This document shows positions 45,627-56,332 of a stretch of 64,000 nucleotides of DNA, piece after piece. Origin of the DNA: an uncultured cyanobacterium (lineage in GTDB: Bacteria; Cyanobacteriota; Cyanobacteriia; Leptolyngbyales; Leptolyngbyaceae); assembly GCA_963766075.1 (NCBI GenBank), contig CAVYAN010000017.1, positions 32,001 through 96,000 of the forward strand, read 5' to 3'. Both the position numbers and the translations under genes were made by a program. Each line of letters starts with the position of its first letter. Positions within the stretch are counted from its first letter, which is position 1. The notes beneath the pieces are model-generated. The model saw only the letters and a list, made by a program, of their open reading frames with translations. It made no database searches and was not told the origin of the DNA.

Positions 45627-47006
45627 ATGACCATTTCGCGCACCATTTGTTTGGGCTTTCTGGCCGTGATTCTCCTCGGTACCGTGCTGTTAGTGCTACC
45701 TGGGGCCAGTACCCAGGCGTGGAATGGGTCGCACTGGATTGTGGCCCTGTTTACCGCGACATCTGCTGTCTGTGTGACGGGTCATGCCGTGGTGGATACG
45801 GGGAGCTACTTCACGTTCTTTGGCCAGTTTGTCATTATGGCGCTGGCGCAAATTGGCGGCCTAGGCTACATGACGGTAACTACCTTTTTGCTGCTGCTGC
45901 TGGGCCGCAAGTTTGGCTTGAAGGATAAAGTGGCGATTCAGCAAGCGCTGGATCGATCGGGGATTCAGGGGGCGGCGCAGATTCTGCGATCGATTATTGC
46001 CACCACGCTGTTATTTGAAATTACCGGGGTGTTTATCCTCTGGGCGGTGTTTGCTACGGACGATCGCCTCAACGGCGTCCTTTACAAGGGCCACTATGCT
46101 AGTGCCCTCTCACGATTTTGGCTGGCTCTATTTCACAGTGTGAGCGCCTGGAACAATGCTGGATTCAGCCTATTTCCGGATAATTTGATGGGCTATCAAG
46201 CATCCTTTTGGGTGAATGCGGCCATCACAGGGCTGATTATTTTCGGCGGAATTGGCTATGAGGTCATTTTTGAATTTTATCTCTGGCTGCGCGATCGCCT
46301 CACCCGACGAAGAGAATCCGTGATTCTCTCCCTCAACTTCAAGGTCGCCGTCAGCACCACGCTCATTCTGCTCGGCGTTGGCACCTTCGCCTTCTTCATT
46401 GTCGAAGGTCGGAACCCTGCTACCCTACGTCCCATGGACCTGCCCACCCGCCTGCTCGCCGCATGGTTCCAATCGGTTACACCCCGTACTGCTGGCTTTA
46501 ACACCATTGATATTGGACAAATGACAACGGCGGGGCTATTCATCACCATCGCCCTGATGATGATTGGAGGCAGTCCCGGCGGCACTGCGGGCGGCATCAA
46601 AACCACAACCTTCCGCATCCTCAGCAGTTGCACCAAAGCCGTTCTCCAGGGTAAAGAAGATGTCGTGCTCTATGAACGCCAAATCCCCTTTTCCCTGATT
46701 CTCAAGGCGATCGGTGTGGCCGTCGGTTCTATCGCCACGGTAATTGGTATGACCATCCTCATTTGCCTCTTTGATCCCGAGCTTCCCTTCTTGAAAGTCT
46801 TATTCGATACGGTTTCCGCCTTTGGCACCGTTGGTCTTTCTTCCGGTTTGACTTTTGATGCCAACCTCTCTGACTATTCCAAACTGGTGCTCGTGGCTAC
46901 CATGTACATGGGCCGCGTTGGCGTGTTGCTGCTGGTGGGAGCCTTCCTTGGCGACCCTAAACCCACCTTTGTTCGGTTTCCAGAGGAAAACTTACTCGTG
47001 GGCTAG
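45627..47006 (+). CDS. ktrB: Ktr/Trk K+ uptake membrane subunit
   Basis: Four pore-loop motifs SAVCVTG, SAWNNAG, TPRTAG, SAFGTVG. Confidence 0.92.
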   Translation: MTISRTICLGFLAVILLGTVLLVLPGASTQAWNGSHWIVALFTATSAVCVTGHAVVDTGSYFTFFGQFVIMALAQIGGLGYMTVTTFLLLLLGRKFGLKDKVAIQQALDRSGIQGAAQILRSIIATTLLFEITGVFILWAVFATDDRLNGVLYKGHYASALSRFWLALFHSVSAWNNAGFSLFPDNLMGYQASFWVNAAITGLIIFGGIGYEVIFEFYLWLRDRLTRRRESVILSLNFKVAVSTTLILLGVGTFAFFIVEGRNPATLRPMDLPTRLLAAWFQSVTPRTAGFNTIDIGQMTTAGLFITIALMMIGGSPGGTAGGIKTTTFRILSSCTKAVLQGKEDVVLYERQIPFSLILKAIGVAVGSIATVIGMTILICLFDPELPFLKVLFDTVSAFGTVGLSSGLTFDANLSDYSKLVLVATMYMGRVGVLLLVGAFLGDPKPTFVRFPEENLLVG

Positions 47007-47169
47007 GGGGAGCCAATTAAAAATTCAAAGTGAAAACCACCAAGCCGGATGCTCCATCCTGAGTTCAGTTTACCCGAAACGCTGCGATCGCCCTAACCGG
47101 CAATAGGCCGCAGGCAAAATCTCCACACGCTAGTTCAGACCCCTATCCCCGCCCGTGATCGTGATTGGA

Positions 47170-48909
47170 CTAGGGCTGCTGGACACAGTGGGCATCCAAT
47201 ACCTTGAGTGTGGGTGTTTGAAAAACAGTGCAGCGGGGAATTGCCAATTCCAACACGGACTTTTGCGGCGATCGCGCCCGTTCACTGGCTTCTGTTACAG
47301 CGGGTTGGTACTGTTGCAGCCAATCCTTATCTTGGAGGTAGTCGGGCTGAAAGGCCGCAGCATCCAGCAGCCAAAAGGTGATGCGATACTGCTGTGTAAA
47401 GCGACGAACAGTAGCGAGATCAGGGCTGTAGTGGGCTTGGAGTTGGGCGATCGCCCGTTCGCGAAACTGCCGATAATAGCCAATATGGTAGGGAATAGCA
47501 TATTCTCGGCCAGCCAGGATTGATCGCTGGGCAAAGGTCGGCAGATTGTTAGCTTCTGGTGATAGGGAGGCAATCACCGTGTTGGGCGGCTGTTGGGCAA
47601 AAAATTTGTACAGCGCCGGTTGCTGGCCCACGATATAGCCTTTGAACACGTAGGTGGGCACAAACCCCTGCAATAAGGGATTGCCATTCAGTCGCACGGT
47701 GAGGGGATAGAGGGCCAGGACTAAAGCCAGCACTGAAGCGATCGCGATCACCACGATCCGACGCTGGGGCAGACCCATGACCCAAAGGCGCAGGCCGTCT
47801 AGCAGGAGAGTCAAGGCAATGCCAGCGGCGATCGCCAGCAGGATCCGAAAGCTGTGCTGGGTGTAGCGACTGGGATGGTGCAGCCGAAAGATCAGCAGAT
47901 GGGCCGCCCCAAACAGGCCCACGGAAGCCAGCAGGATCAAAGGCAAGATGCGCCAACCAGGGGTAATTTGCTGCCCTAACGGGAATTGTCGAGGAGAGCG
48001 GCAGAGCCACGGCAGCAGTAGACCCACCCAAATGAGTGGCGGCTTCAGCAATTGTTCGGGGTGGGGGAAAAGACCACTGCGTCCGGCAATCGTCCAAAAC
48101 TGTAGGGCATCGCTGCTAAAAAAACTGCCCCGACCTGTACCCCAGAACTCGGGCATTTGGCGGGCTTGGGCCGCTTTGATCGCGGGTCCAAATTCGGTTC
48201 CGCCCCACAGGAAGTAAATACCGAGCACCAAGGTAGCGACAGCCAAACCGAACCCAGAAAATCGATAATCTCGGGGCTGGGAGGATAGGCGGGGCACTGG
48301 CCCGCGCCACTCCACTAAGGACAGCAGCAGCATGCCAACCGAGATGAACATAATCTGCGGATAAAACAAACCTTGAAGGGCGATCGCTCCGACACAGGGC
48401 CACAGCGATCGCCGCAAAAAGTAATGCAAAAATGCCAAAAACAACGGATATAAAAATGCTCTCGGAGTTGCTGACCATAAATCATCCGCCATGATTAGAT
48501 TTTGATTGAGCAGCAGACTGGCGAGAAACCCAGCGAATGGTACGGGTAAAACCTGGACTGTGACACTAAAGCAATACGCCGTGGTGATCAGTGCTAGAAA
48601 AATTGGCAAAACCTTTGCCACAGTCAAGGGATGCCATCCCAACAGAGAAAGAGTATGGTATACGGCCTTGTAGCCCATCGGTGCAACAGATTGAAAATAA
48701 TCCGCAATTAAATCCTGCGGGAACAGTTCCGGATTCAGCGATCGCTCTAACCAAAACACATGCTGTCGTGCATCATCCTGCACCACATAGGCACTACTAA
48801 AGACAATCCGTAGGGCCAGCAACCCAAACGTTATGGAACAAATTAGACTCAAGCAGAACCAGAAGCGGGTGCGGGCTGGGGACGCGGGACGAACAAGAAA
48901 GGTCACCAT
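47170..48909 (-). CDS. Polytopic membrane protein, possible GT-C glycosyltransferase
   Basis: Many TMs, VVQDDARQH acidic motif after the first TM, soluble C-terminal domain. Confidence 0.65.
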   Translation of the reverse strand: MVTFLVRPASPARTRFWFCLSLICSITFGLLALRIVFSSAYVVQDDARQHVFWLERSLNPELFPQDLIADYFQSVAPMGYKAVYHTLSLLGWHPLTVAKVLPIFLALITTAYCFSVTVQVLPVPFAGFLASLLLNQNLIMADDLWSATPRAFLYPLFLAFLHYFLRRSLWPCVGAIALQGLFYPQIMFISVGMLLLSLVEWRGPVPRLSSQPRDYRFSGFGLAVATLVLGIYFLWGGTEFGPAIKAAQARQMPEFWGTGRGSFFSSDALQFWTIAGRSGLFPHPEQLLKPPLIWVGLLLPWLCRSPRQFPLGQQITPGWRILPLILLASVGLFGAAHLLIFRLHHPSRYTQHSFRILLAIAAGIALTLLLDGLRLWVMGLPQRRIVVIAIASVLALVLALYPLTVRLNGNPLLQGFVPTYVFKGYIVGQQPALYKFFAQQPPNTVIASLSPEANNLPTFAQRSILAGREYAIPYHIGYYRQFRERAIAQLQAHYSPDLATVRRFTQQYRITFWLLDAAAFQPDYLQDKDWLQQYQPAVTEASERARSPQKSVLELAIPRCTVFQTPTLKVLDAHCVQQP

Positions 48910-49199
48910 GGAAAACTGCTGGCTGTATAGGACGAATGTATTGTATATCCTCCAGCTTTGGGATATCACGCCCACTTCGCGCTGCCACCCTCGCGCCGCC
49001 TAACGGTGCATAACGCTATCCTCGCAGCGCGTGGTGCTGTCTAGACCGCTAAAATCCAAAATCTAATCCAAAATCTAAAATCTAAAATCCTTCTAAGGTC
49101 TTACCGGAAATCGCCGTCCGCCATACTACGGTGGGCATGGTTCTCCTCAAAGTTCCCTTCACACAGTTCCCTTCACAAATCCAGCGGCAGGCCACACCC

Positions 49200-49952
49200 A
49201 TGACGACAAATCCGACGAAAACGCAGCATATTGAAGTGCTATCAGACACCGCTGCCGTAGTGCAACGGGCCTTGGAGTTGGTCTTAGAGCAGGTACAGAC
49301 AGCAATCGCCCAGCGGGGACTCTGTACGCTAGTCCTAGCGGGGGGCAGCACGCCCAAGCCCCTCTACGAAAAGCTAGCGGCAGAGAATCTGTCCTGGGAC
49401 AAAATTCACATTTTCTGGGGTGACGAGCGCTATGTTCCCGTTGGCCACCCCGACAGCAACGAGGGGATGGCCCGCAAAGCGTGGCTTGATCACGTTGCGA
49501 TCCCGCCGGAGAATATTCACGCCATGCCCACCCAGGCAGAAAGCCCCGCCGAGGCTGCCGCCCAACATGACGCGGAACTCCGAGACTTTTTTCAGCTTAC
49601 GGCGGCGCAGGTTGCCGCCGGAGAGTTTCCCGCCTTTGATGTGATTCTGCTGGGCATGGGAGATGACGGACATACGGCGTCCCTGTTCCCCCATACCGCC
49701 GCGCTCCAGGTCCGCGATCGCCTTGTCACCCTAGGCAATAAAGACGGCGCTCCTCGCCTCACCTTTACCGTCCCCCTGATTAACCAGGCGCGCTGTGTGA
49801 TGTTCCTAGTTGCCGGTGCTAACAAGCGCCCTGCCCTGGCCCAAGTCTTTTCAGCGGAGTGTGACACGCAGCAGTATCCTTCAGGGCAAATCGCTCCTGT
49901 CGGCGAATTATGGTGGCTTCTGGATCAAGCCGCCGGAGCAGAAATGGCTTAG
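49200..49952 (+). CDS. pgl: 6-phosphogluconolactonase
   Basis: LAGGSTP, FWGDERYV, DSN, LLGMGDDGHTASLFP. Confidence 0.95.
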   Translation: MTTNPTKTQHIEVLSDTAAVVQRALELVLEQVQTAIAQRGLCTLVLAGGSTPKPLYEKLAAENLSWDKIHIFWGDERYVPVGHPDSNEGMARKAWLDHVAIPPENIHAMPTQAESPAEAAAQHDAELRDFFQLTAAQVAAGEFPAFDVILLGMGDDGHTASLFPHTAALQVRDRLVTLGNKDGAPRLTFTVPLINQARCVMFLVAGANKRPALAQVFSAECDTQQYPSGQIAPVGELWWLLDQAAGAEMA

Positions 49953-49976
49953 GGCTATTCTCAAAAAATAGTATGC

Positions 49977-50006
49977 CCGCTGGCTGAGCGGAGTCGAAGC
50001 CAGCGG
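49977..50006. repeat. Small dispersed hairpin repeat
   Basis: CCGCTGGC-TGAGCGGAGTCGAA-GCCAGCGG. Confidence 0.85.
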
Positions 50007-50033
50007 CAGATGGCTCACCTTACCCTAAAATTG

Positions 50034-52217
50034 CTACTGGGCTTTAACCTCAGCGGCATGAACCTTCGAGATTTGGGCCACTTTTTGGGAAATTTCTGGA
50101 TTGTACAGGCGCAGATAGTTCCAATAGTTACCAAACACCGATTTCACATAGCCCTGGGTCTCATCGTAGGGAATTGCCTCCACAAAGGCATCGGCATCGG
50201 CAGATTTGTTTTTGTCCACCCATCCCCCCACCGCACCGGGGCCCGCATTATAACTCGCCACCGCCAGCATGGAATTGCCGTTGAATTCTGCATGGGTGTG
50301 GTCTAGGTACCACGTGCCCAGTTTAATGCTGTCCTCCGGATCATCGAGCTTGTATTTTTTGAGCTTGATGTTACTGGCAATAAAGGTAGCGGTATCGGGC
50401 ATCACCTGCATCAGGCCCACGGCTCCAGCACTGGACCGAATCTTGGGCATAAAGCGCGATTCTTGGCGAATTAAGGCCGTGACCAGGAGGGGATTCAACT
50501 GCCGCTGCTGGGACCACGTTTGAATAGGGTCGAGGAACGGGAAGGGATAGAGCGTATACCAGTAGGCCGCCTGCTGCTTCAGGGCCTGGAACTGGGCCTG
50601 TTCAGCAGGATTTTCTCGCTGGTTGAGGAAAGACACCATAAACATCCCGTCCAGATAGTCACCGACGGCAATCCGCAGCATGCCATCGGTGAATTGTTCC
50701 GCGACCGTGGGTTGCATCCGATTGGTAAATTCCGTTTGCCAGAGTTGCCAAGCGGCTTGGTCCTGCCCCAGTTGGTAGAGTTCCTGGAGGGCCGAGGAGC
50801 CTGCGGGCAATTTGGGGCGCTGATTAGGACTGGCGACGCGGGGACTCAACTGTCGCAGGGTGTCAAAGTCGCCGACGTTCCAGCCTAGGAGGGAGGCCGA
50901 TCGCCACGCATAGTAGGAGTCGGGATATCGACTAATGACCGATTGAAAGGTTTCCCCCGCGACCTTTGACTGATTCATTTGGGCCGACCACTTGCCCGCC
51001 CAAAACAGGGCTTGGGGCGCAAGTTCACTGTCCGGGTTTTGATTGGCAATGCGTCTAGACCAGACCAAAGCGTTCTGAATATCGTTGGCTTTGGCACGTT
51101 CTCGGGCCTGCTCCCAAGCCACTTGAGCCGCCGCTTCCGATTTCGGGTATTGGGCCAGCAGCGTTTTCTGGACTTGGAGCACTGCCGTAGCATTGGTTTT
51201 GGCCAACAGCTTGGCTTTTTCTAATAGAGCTTCTGGGGCGCGGGCGGGGAAGCGAGCGATCGCCTGATCAGCATAGGCGATCGCCAACTCGGGCCGTGCA
51301 ATGCGGGACAACCGGATCAAGGTTTGACCTGCTTCTTCTGAATCCGGAAAAGCGGCCAGCACCTTTTCGTAGGCGAGAAATGCCCCGTCTTTACCGCCCA
51401 GTTGCAGCCCGCGCGCGGTGCGATAGAGGTTGCGCGGCGTGCGTGGGGCACGGGCATAGGCGGTTCCGGCATTGCCGTAGTCCTGTTTTTCCCAATAGCC
51501 AAAGCCAATTGCTTCCCAGTCCTCCGGCTTTAACTGGGCGGCGTACTGGCCCGTCAGGGTGGCAAGGATCTCGCCGTAATTATCCAGGTACAGGCCATAG
51601 CGAGCCAGCACGAGTAGTAGCTGCGGCTGTTTGGGATTTTGTTTCAGGCGTTTTTGCACCAAGTCGAGCACGCGGGGATGGGCGGGGAATTGCGCGATCG
51701 CCCGATCCCCGGCCTGGGGATCCTCGGCACTCAACTCCACTAGGGCCTCGGCGGTGGCGGCCTCGCGGGGATACTGCTGCACAGCCACTTGCCAGGTTTG
51801 CTGAGCTTTGGCGCGATCGCCGGTTTGCTCGTGGGCCTGTCCTTGCTTAATCAACACCGTGGCGGCCAGTTGAGGATACTGCGTCTCCAAGCCCTTGAGC
51901 GTCTCCAGGGCCTGTTTCGCCTGCCCCTGCTGCATCAGATTCGTGGCCAGCAAAAAGCGAGCGCGATTACCGTTAAGCGAAGGCTGCCCCTGGGCGATCG
52001 CGGCCAGCTTGGCCACCTTTTGACCGGGGGGGAGAGAAGGCTGGGTTGTGATTGCACGCAATTGGGCAATGTCAGCATCACCGCTGGTCCGCTGGCCGGG
52101 AGCGGCACTCCACTGGCTTACAAAATCCTGGAAATAGGTAAACCCAACGCCTAGGGCTAGGGCACACAGCCCAGAGCCAGCGGCGATCGCAATCTGGATT
52201 TTACGCTGCTTCAGCAT
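50034..52217 (-). CDS. slt: Soluble lytic transglycosylase with TPR repeats
   Basis: IRQESRF, GAVGLMQVMP, SYNAGPG, ETQGYV; TPR-rich N-terminus. Confidence 0.92.
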   Translation of the reverse strand: MLKQRKIQIAIAAGSGLCALALGVGFTYFQDFVSQWSAAPGQRTSGDADIAQLRAITTQPSLPPGQKVAKLAAIAQGQPSLNGNRARFLLATNLMQQGQAKQALETLKGLETQYPQLAATVLIKQGQAHEQTGDRAKAQQTWQVAVQQYPREAATAEALVELSAEDPQAGDRAIAQFPAHPRVLDLVQKRLKQNPKQPQLLLVLARYGLYLDNYGEILATLTGQYAAQLKPEDWEAIGFGYWEKQDYGNAGTAYARAPRTPRNLYRTARGLQLGGKDGAFLAYEKVLAAFPDSEEAGQTLIRLSRIARPELAIAYADQAIARFPARAPEALLEKAKLLAKTNATAVLQVQKTLLAQYPKSEAAAQVAWEQARERAKANDIQNALVWSRRIANQNPDSELAPQALFWAGKWSAQMNQSKVAGETFQSVISRYPDSYYAWRSASLLGWNVGDFDTLRQLSPRVASPNQRPKLPAGSSALQELYQLGQDQAAWQLWQTEFTNRMQPTVAEQFTDGMLRIAVGDYLDGMFMVSFLNQRENPAEQAQFQALKQQAAYWYTLYPFPFLDPIQTWSQQRQLNPLLVTALIRQESRFMPKIRSSAGAVGLMQVMPDTATFIASNIKLKKYKLDDPEDSIKLGTWYLDHTHAEFNGNSMLAVASYNAGPGAVGGWVDKNKSADADAFVEAIPYDETQGYVKSVFGNYWNYLRLYNPEISQKVAQISKVHAAEVKAQ

Positions 52218-53041
52218 AGGTCCTCGCTGAAACCTAGGTAATTCTTCCGGCTACTCTAGCATTTATACAGAGAAGCGTACCCCAAAAATGTAAAGGAATC
52301 ATGACTCACGCTATACCCCCCGCTATCTGGTGCTCCAGTCCGGGAATCTGGCACTCACCCCGGCCCCAACCGATACCAGGTAAGGTTGCCCTAGTCAGTA
52401 GAGTACGCGATATGAACCGTCAGCTCAAAACGCTATTTCTTCTGGGTTGGCGGTGATTAACGTATTCTACGATACCCAGACAGTCAGGGTTTCAGTCATT
52501 GCGACAGGGCGGCATTGTATCCCTCAACACGTTTTCATCAAGAATCTAGAAAAGTAATCACGTCATAAAGTTGGTGTAAACCTCTACTAAATCTAAAAGA
52601 CGGAATGTCCGGAAATTCACATAATGGATCTGTAAGATAGTGAGTGCAAGAGTGACACACTTGCGTAGATTCCGCCCCCACTTCTGTGCGTTTAATGATT
52701 ATTGAGGTAGCAAAAGACTATACTTTACGTGGATTACTGCTAGACAGTAGCCCATGTGAAAAGCATCTTTTGTGTTTCTTCATACAATTTGAGGCCTAAA
52801 TAGTACCTCAGTAATACTGAATCTTGTCCGCTTAGAAAACTTCAGCTTCAGAAGACTTTGCATAAAGTTAAGTCTTTCAGATTTGTTCGTAGCCTCCAGG
52901 CTTAAACAGGGTGAGGAAGGTCTATTTTCTATGAACCCACGGCAATCGTGCAGTTGGCATGGCGAAGAAAGACCGAAGAAATTCCAGAGAGATTTCAGAA
53001 AAATATTCGTTGCCTCTTTAGCTTGAAGCACAGCGTTAATT

Positions 53042-54165
53042 ATGAAAATTGTCTTTGTATTGCCTGATATTTATGCACTGACCGGTGGGAATCGCGTGAT
53101 CTCAACTTATGCGGAGCGTTTATCCCGGCGGGGACATGACGTTGTCGTGATTTCGCCGCCCCCCACCCCACCAAGTTTGAGGAAGCAGTTTCGCTCTTTG
53201 ATCAAAGGCGATGGATGGATAGTCACGCCCTCGCGTTCATCATCTCACTTCTTTAGCCAAACCGGTGCAACCCAGAAGGTGCTGCGGCGATCTCGCCCCG
53301 TGAGTGACTTTGACGTACCGGATGCCGATATTGTGATTGCCACATGGTGGGAGACTGCCGAGTGGGTGGCCAAGTTCTCCCCATCGAAAGGGGCGAAGGT
53401 TTACTTTGTCCAGGGATACGAAGTATTTGACCACCAGCCAAAACTCCGGGTGGAAAGCACCTATACCCTGCCATTTTATAAAATCACCATTTCTCAATGG
53501 CTGCTGGATATTATGAAGGGGCGCTACGGTGCCTCTGATATTTCTATGGTGTCCAACGGGGTTGACACCAATCTATTTCAAGGGCCTGTCCGGACTAAAC
53601 AGGCTGTGCCGACCGTGGGACTAGTCTATACTCAGCAACATTGCAAGGGCACTGATATTAGCTTGAAGGCCTATAATCTGGCAGCCCAGCAGATTCCGGA
53701 ACTGCGACTGGTAACATTTGGCCGGAAGATAGCGCCTACATTACCATTACCGTCTGGGGCTGAATATGTGGAGCTCCCAGCCCAAAACCAGTTGAAAGAC
53801 CTCTATGGCAAGTGTGATGCATGGTTGGTGGGTAGCCGAGAAGAGGGGTTTGGCCTGCCAATTCTAGAGGCTATGGCCTGCCGAACTCCTGTCATCAGCA
53901 CTCCTGCGGGTGCCGCCCCGGAAATTCTGTCGCTGGGGGGGGCATACGCATTCCGGCAGAAGATCCTAAGGCAATGGCGGCGGCGATCACCCAAATTTGT
54001 CAGATGCCTGAAGCTGAGTGGCAGCAACTCTCCCAGCGAGCCTATGCCACAGCAACCAGCTATAACTGGGAGAAGGCTACCGATTTATTTGAGGCTGCGT
54101 TAGAAAGGGCCGTGGAATGTTCTCGAGCCCGCCGCTCAGGTCGCGCCTCTGCAGCCCTAGTTTAA
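53042..54165 (+). CDS. GT4 glycosyltransferase (frameshift in G-run 53935-53942)
   Basis: TGGNRV, ATWWETA, EEGFGLPILEAMAC; one added G gives GGGIRIPAEDPKAMA...YNWE. Confidence 0.85.
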
Positions 54166-54209
54166 TCGGGCCTTTATCGATCGGTGGATTAACAGTATGT
54201 CTATGAGCA

Positions 54210-55040
54210 ATGTGTATGAGAACCTGGATACAATCTTGGCATCAATCCCGCATCAAACAACTGGCAAAACGGTCCAACTTAAATCAACTCAAACGTTCTG
54301 CGGTGGTGTTCTCCCCCCACCAAGACGATGAAGTTCTGGGCTGTGGCGGCACCTTGCTTCATAAACAGCAGGCCGGAGCTGCGATTAAGATTGTCTTTAT
54401 GACGGATGGGTCTGAGTCTCACAGTCAGCTAATATCACCAGAGACTTTAGCAAATTTACGTCAAAAGGAAGCGATCGCAGCGGCACAACACATTGGACTC
54501 AGCCAGAGCGACGTGCTATTCCTGGGTCTGAAGGATGGGCAACTGTCTAATCGGTCAAATCAGATAATGGCCATAGAACAAGTCACTGCTATCCTCCATC
54601 AGCATCAACCGGAAGAGATTTACATTCCTTACTATTTAGAGCCACACCCAGATCATGTGGCGACCCACACCGCAGTCATGGGTGCTTTGCAAAATTACGG
54701 GCGATCGGTGATGGTCTACGAGTATCCCGTGTGGTTCTGGAATTGTTGGCCGTGGGTGCGTTTTACCAGTCGAGATTGGCGGGATTACGTGAACCAACTG
54801 AAATGGGTGGTGAAGTCTAATCTCAGATTGACCCAGGATTTTCACCATGTGGTCTATATCGCTGACGTGCTGAAGGATAAGCGGACGGCCCTAGAGCAGC
54901 ACCAATCGCAGGTCCAGCGCCTCCTCCCCCAGCCCGAATGGGTTGTCCTAGAGGACATGGCAGAAGGAGATTTCCTCCGGTGTCTTTTCCAAAACCACGA
55001 AATTTTTTATGGACATAGGTTTCCCCAGAATCATTCCTAA
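54210..55040 (+). CDS. PIG-L/LmbE family deacetylase
   Basis: SPHQDDEVLGCGG, TDGS, RQKE, HPDH, HQSQ. Confidence 0.9.
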   Translation: MCMRTWIQSWHQSRIKQLAKRSNLNQLKRSAVVFSPHQDDEVLGCGGTLLHKQQAGAAIKIVFMTDGSESHSQLISPETLANLRQKEAIAAAQHIGLSQSDVLFLGLKDGQLSNRSNQIMAIEQVTAILHQHQPEEIYIPYYLEPHPDHVATHTAVMGALQNYGRSVMVYEYPVWFWNCWPWVRFTSRDWRDYVNQLKWVVKSNLRLTQDFHHVVYIADVLKDKRTALEQHQSQVQRLLPQPEWVVLEDMAEGDFLRCLFQNHEIFYGHRFPQNHS

Positions 55041-55187
55041 CCATAAATTTCCAAAAATAAAAAATGGTGCAAGCTAAGCCTTTGTATCGAGTCTTCTAGC
55101 TTCGTCCCGCTACAGCACTCGATACGCATGGTCTCTAACTTGCACCCTAAGCAATCGTCCCAGTAGGGGACAATCCAAGTCGTGTCC

Positions 55188-55598
55188 CTAGCCCGCTACG
55201 GTAATCTTCCCTGCCATGCCTGCGCCTTGGTGGGGAGCACAAAAGAAGCTGTAGTCGCCTGCAGGAGCATCCTTGGGAAAGGTAACATCAAAGGTTTGCC
55301 CGTCCATAGCCATTTGGGGATGGGAGAGGGACTTGGCCAAAGCCTTGTCCGCACCGGGAACCAGCTTGGCGTTGAAGATTACGTTGTGGGGTGGCACTTT
55401 GTTGATCACAAACTGCACCGTATCACCGGGTTTAACGGTGACATTGGCCGGTTCAAACACTAACATGCCGCTGTCGCTGCCCATTTTGATGGAAACCGTG
55501 GCGGCTTCAGCCGGAGCGACGGCCAGGGTCAGGCTACCGATAACCAGCAGGACAGCCGCCAGAGTAACCAAAAGACGTTTTGCGATGGAAGAAATCAT
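55188..55598 (-). CDS. petE: Plastocyanin
   Basis: Signal peptide, [17 protein letters not shown] copper ligands. Confidence 0.96.
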   Translation of the reverse strand: MISSIAKRLLVTLAAVLLVIGSLTLAVAPAEAATVSIKMGSDSGMLVFEPANVTVKPGDTVQFVINKVPPHNVIFNAKLVPGADKALAKSLSHPQMAMDGQTFDVTFPKDAPAGDYSFFCAPHQGAGMAGKITVAG

Positions 55599-55716
55599 GG
55601 ATTTACAGTGTCCTTAAACGATGAAATGGCGTTGTGTACACATTTGTTCTCATTTTAGACTAGTTTGACGTTCTGTAAAACAATCAGAAAGGCGGATGGG
55701 GTAGGGATTACGGGGT

Positions 55717-56202
55717 TCACAATTTTGCCGTGCCCCAGCCCGGAGCGATTTCTGCCGATCGCAGCACAAATGCCGCTAATTTCTCCACTTCTGGGTCGGG
55801 TAGCCAACTTGCAGGAATCTCTCGGCAGGAAATAGCACTGTCCCGGCCATCATAGGTGCGGGGTTGACGAAAGAAGCGAACCAGTCCCACAATGCTGTCA
55901 CGGCGCGGGGTGGCTGCCCGAAGATCGGCCAAGGACAGGCTGACATTGGGTTCTAGTAGGGTGATACCACCAACATGGCAACTGAGGCAGTTTGCCTCGA
56001 ATACCTGTTTTCCGGTACTGAGGTCGGTGGCAGAGAAGGTTTGCTGATGACCCTCGGCATCCTGGGTCAGATCGACGGTATCGGTGACTTTGAGGTAGCG
56101 GGAGATATAGGCATCGATCGCAGCATGGGCCGGCAGGGTCCAAAGCAGCCATTGCAGGGTGAGCAGGCACAGCAGGAGCAACAGTCGAGGGCGTGGCAGC
56201 AT
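55717..56202 (-). CDS. psbV2: Cytochrome c550-like PsbV2
   Basis: CLSCH heme motif, CREIP distal Cys, APGWG end; directly downstream of psbV. Confidence 0.85.
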   Translation of the reverse strand: MLPRPRLLLLLCLLTLQWLLWTLPAHAAIDAYISRYLKVTDTVDLTQDAEGHQQTFSATDLSTGKQVFEANCLSCHVGGITLLEPNVSLSLADLRAATPRRDSIVGLVRFFRQPRTYDGRDSAISCREIPASWLPDPEVEKLAAFVLRSAEIAPGWGTAKL

Positions 56203-56332
56203 GGCACGGCGGGAGGATGGGACTGGGGGGCCGAGAAGGGGGGCGACGGCAGGAGGCAGAATAGAACAAACTCCCCACCATCTATCACGATAGCGGGGAG
56301 CTGAATCAACGCGCGCTAAGAGAAACGGGGAT

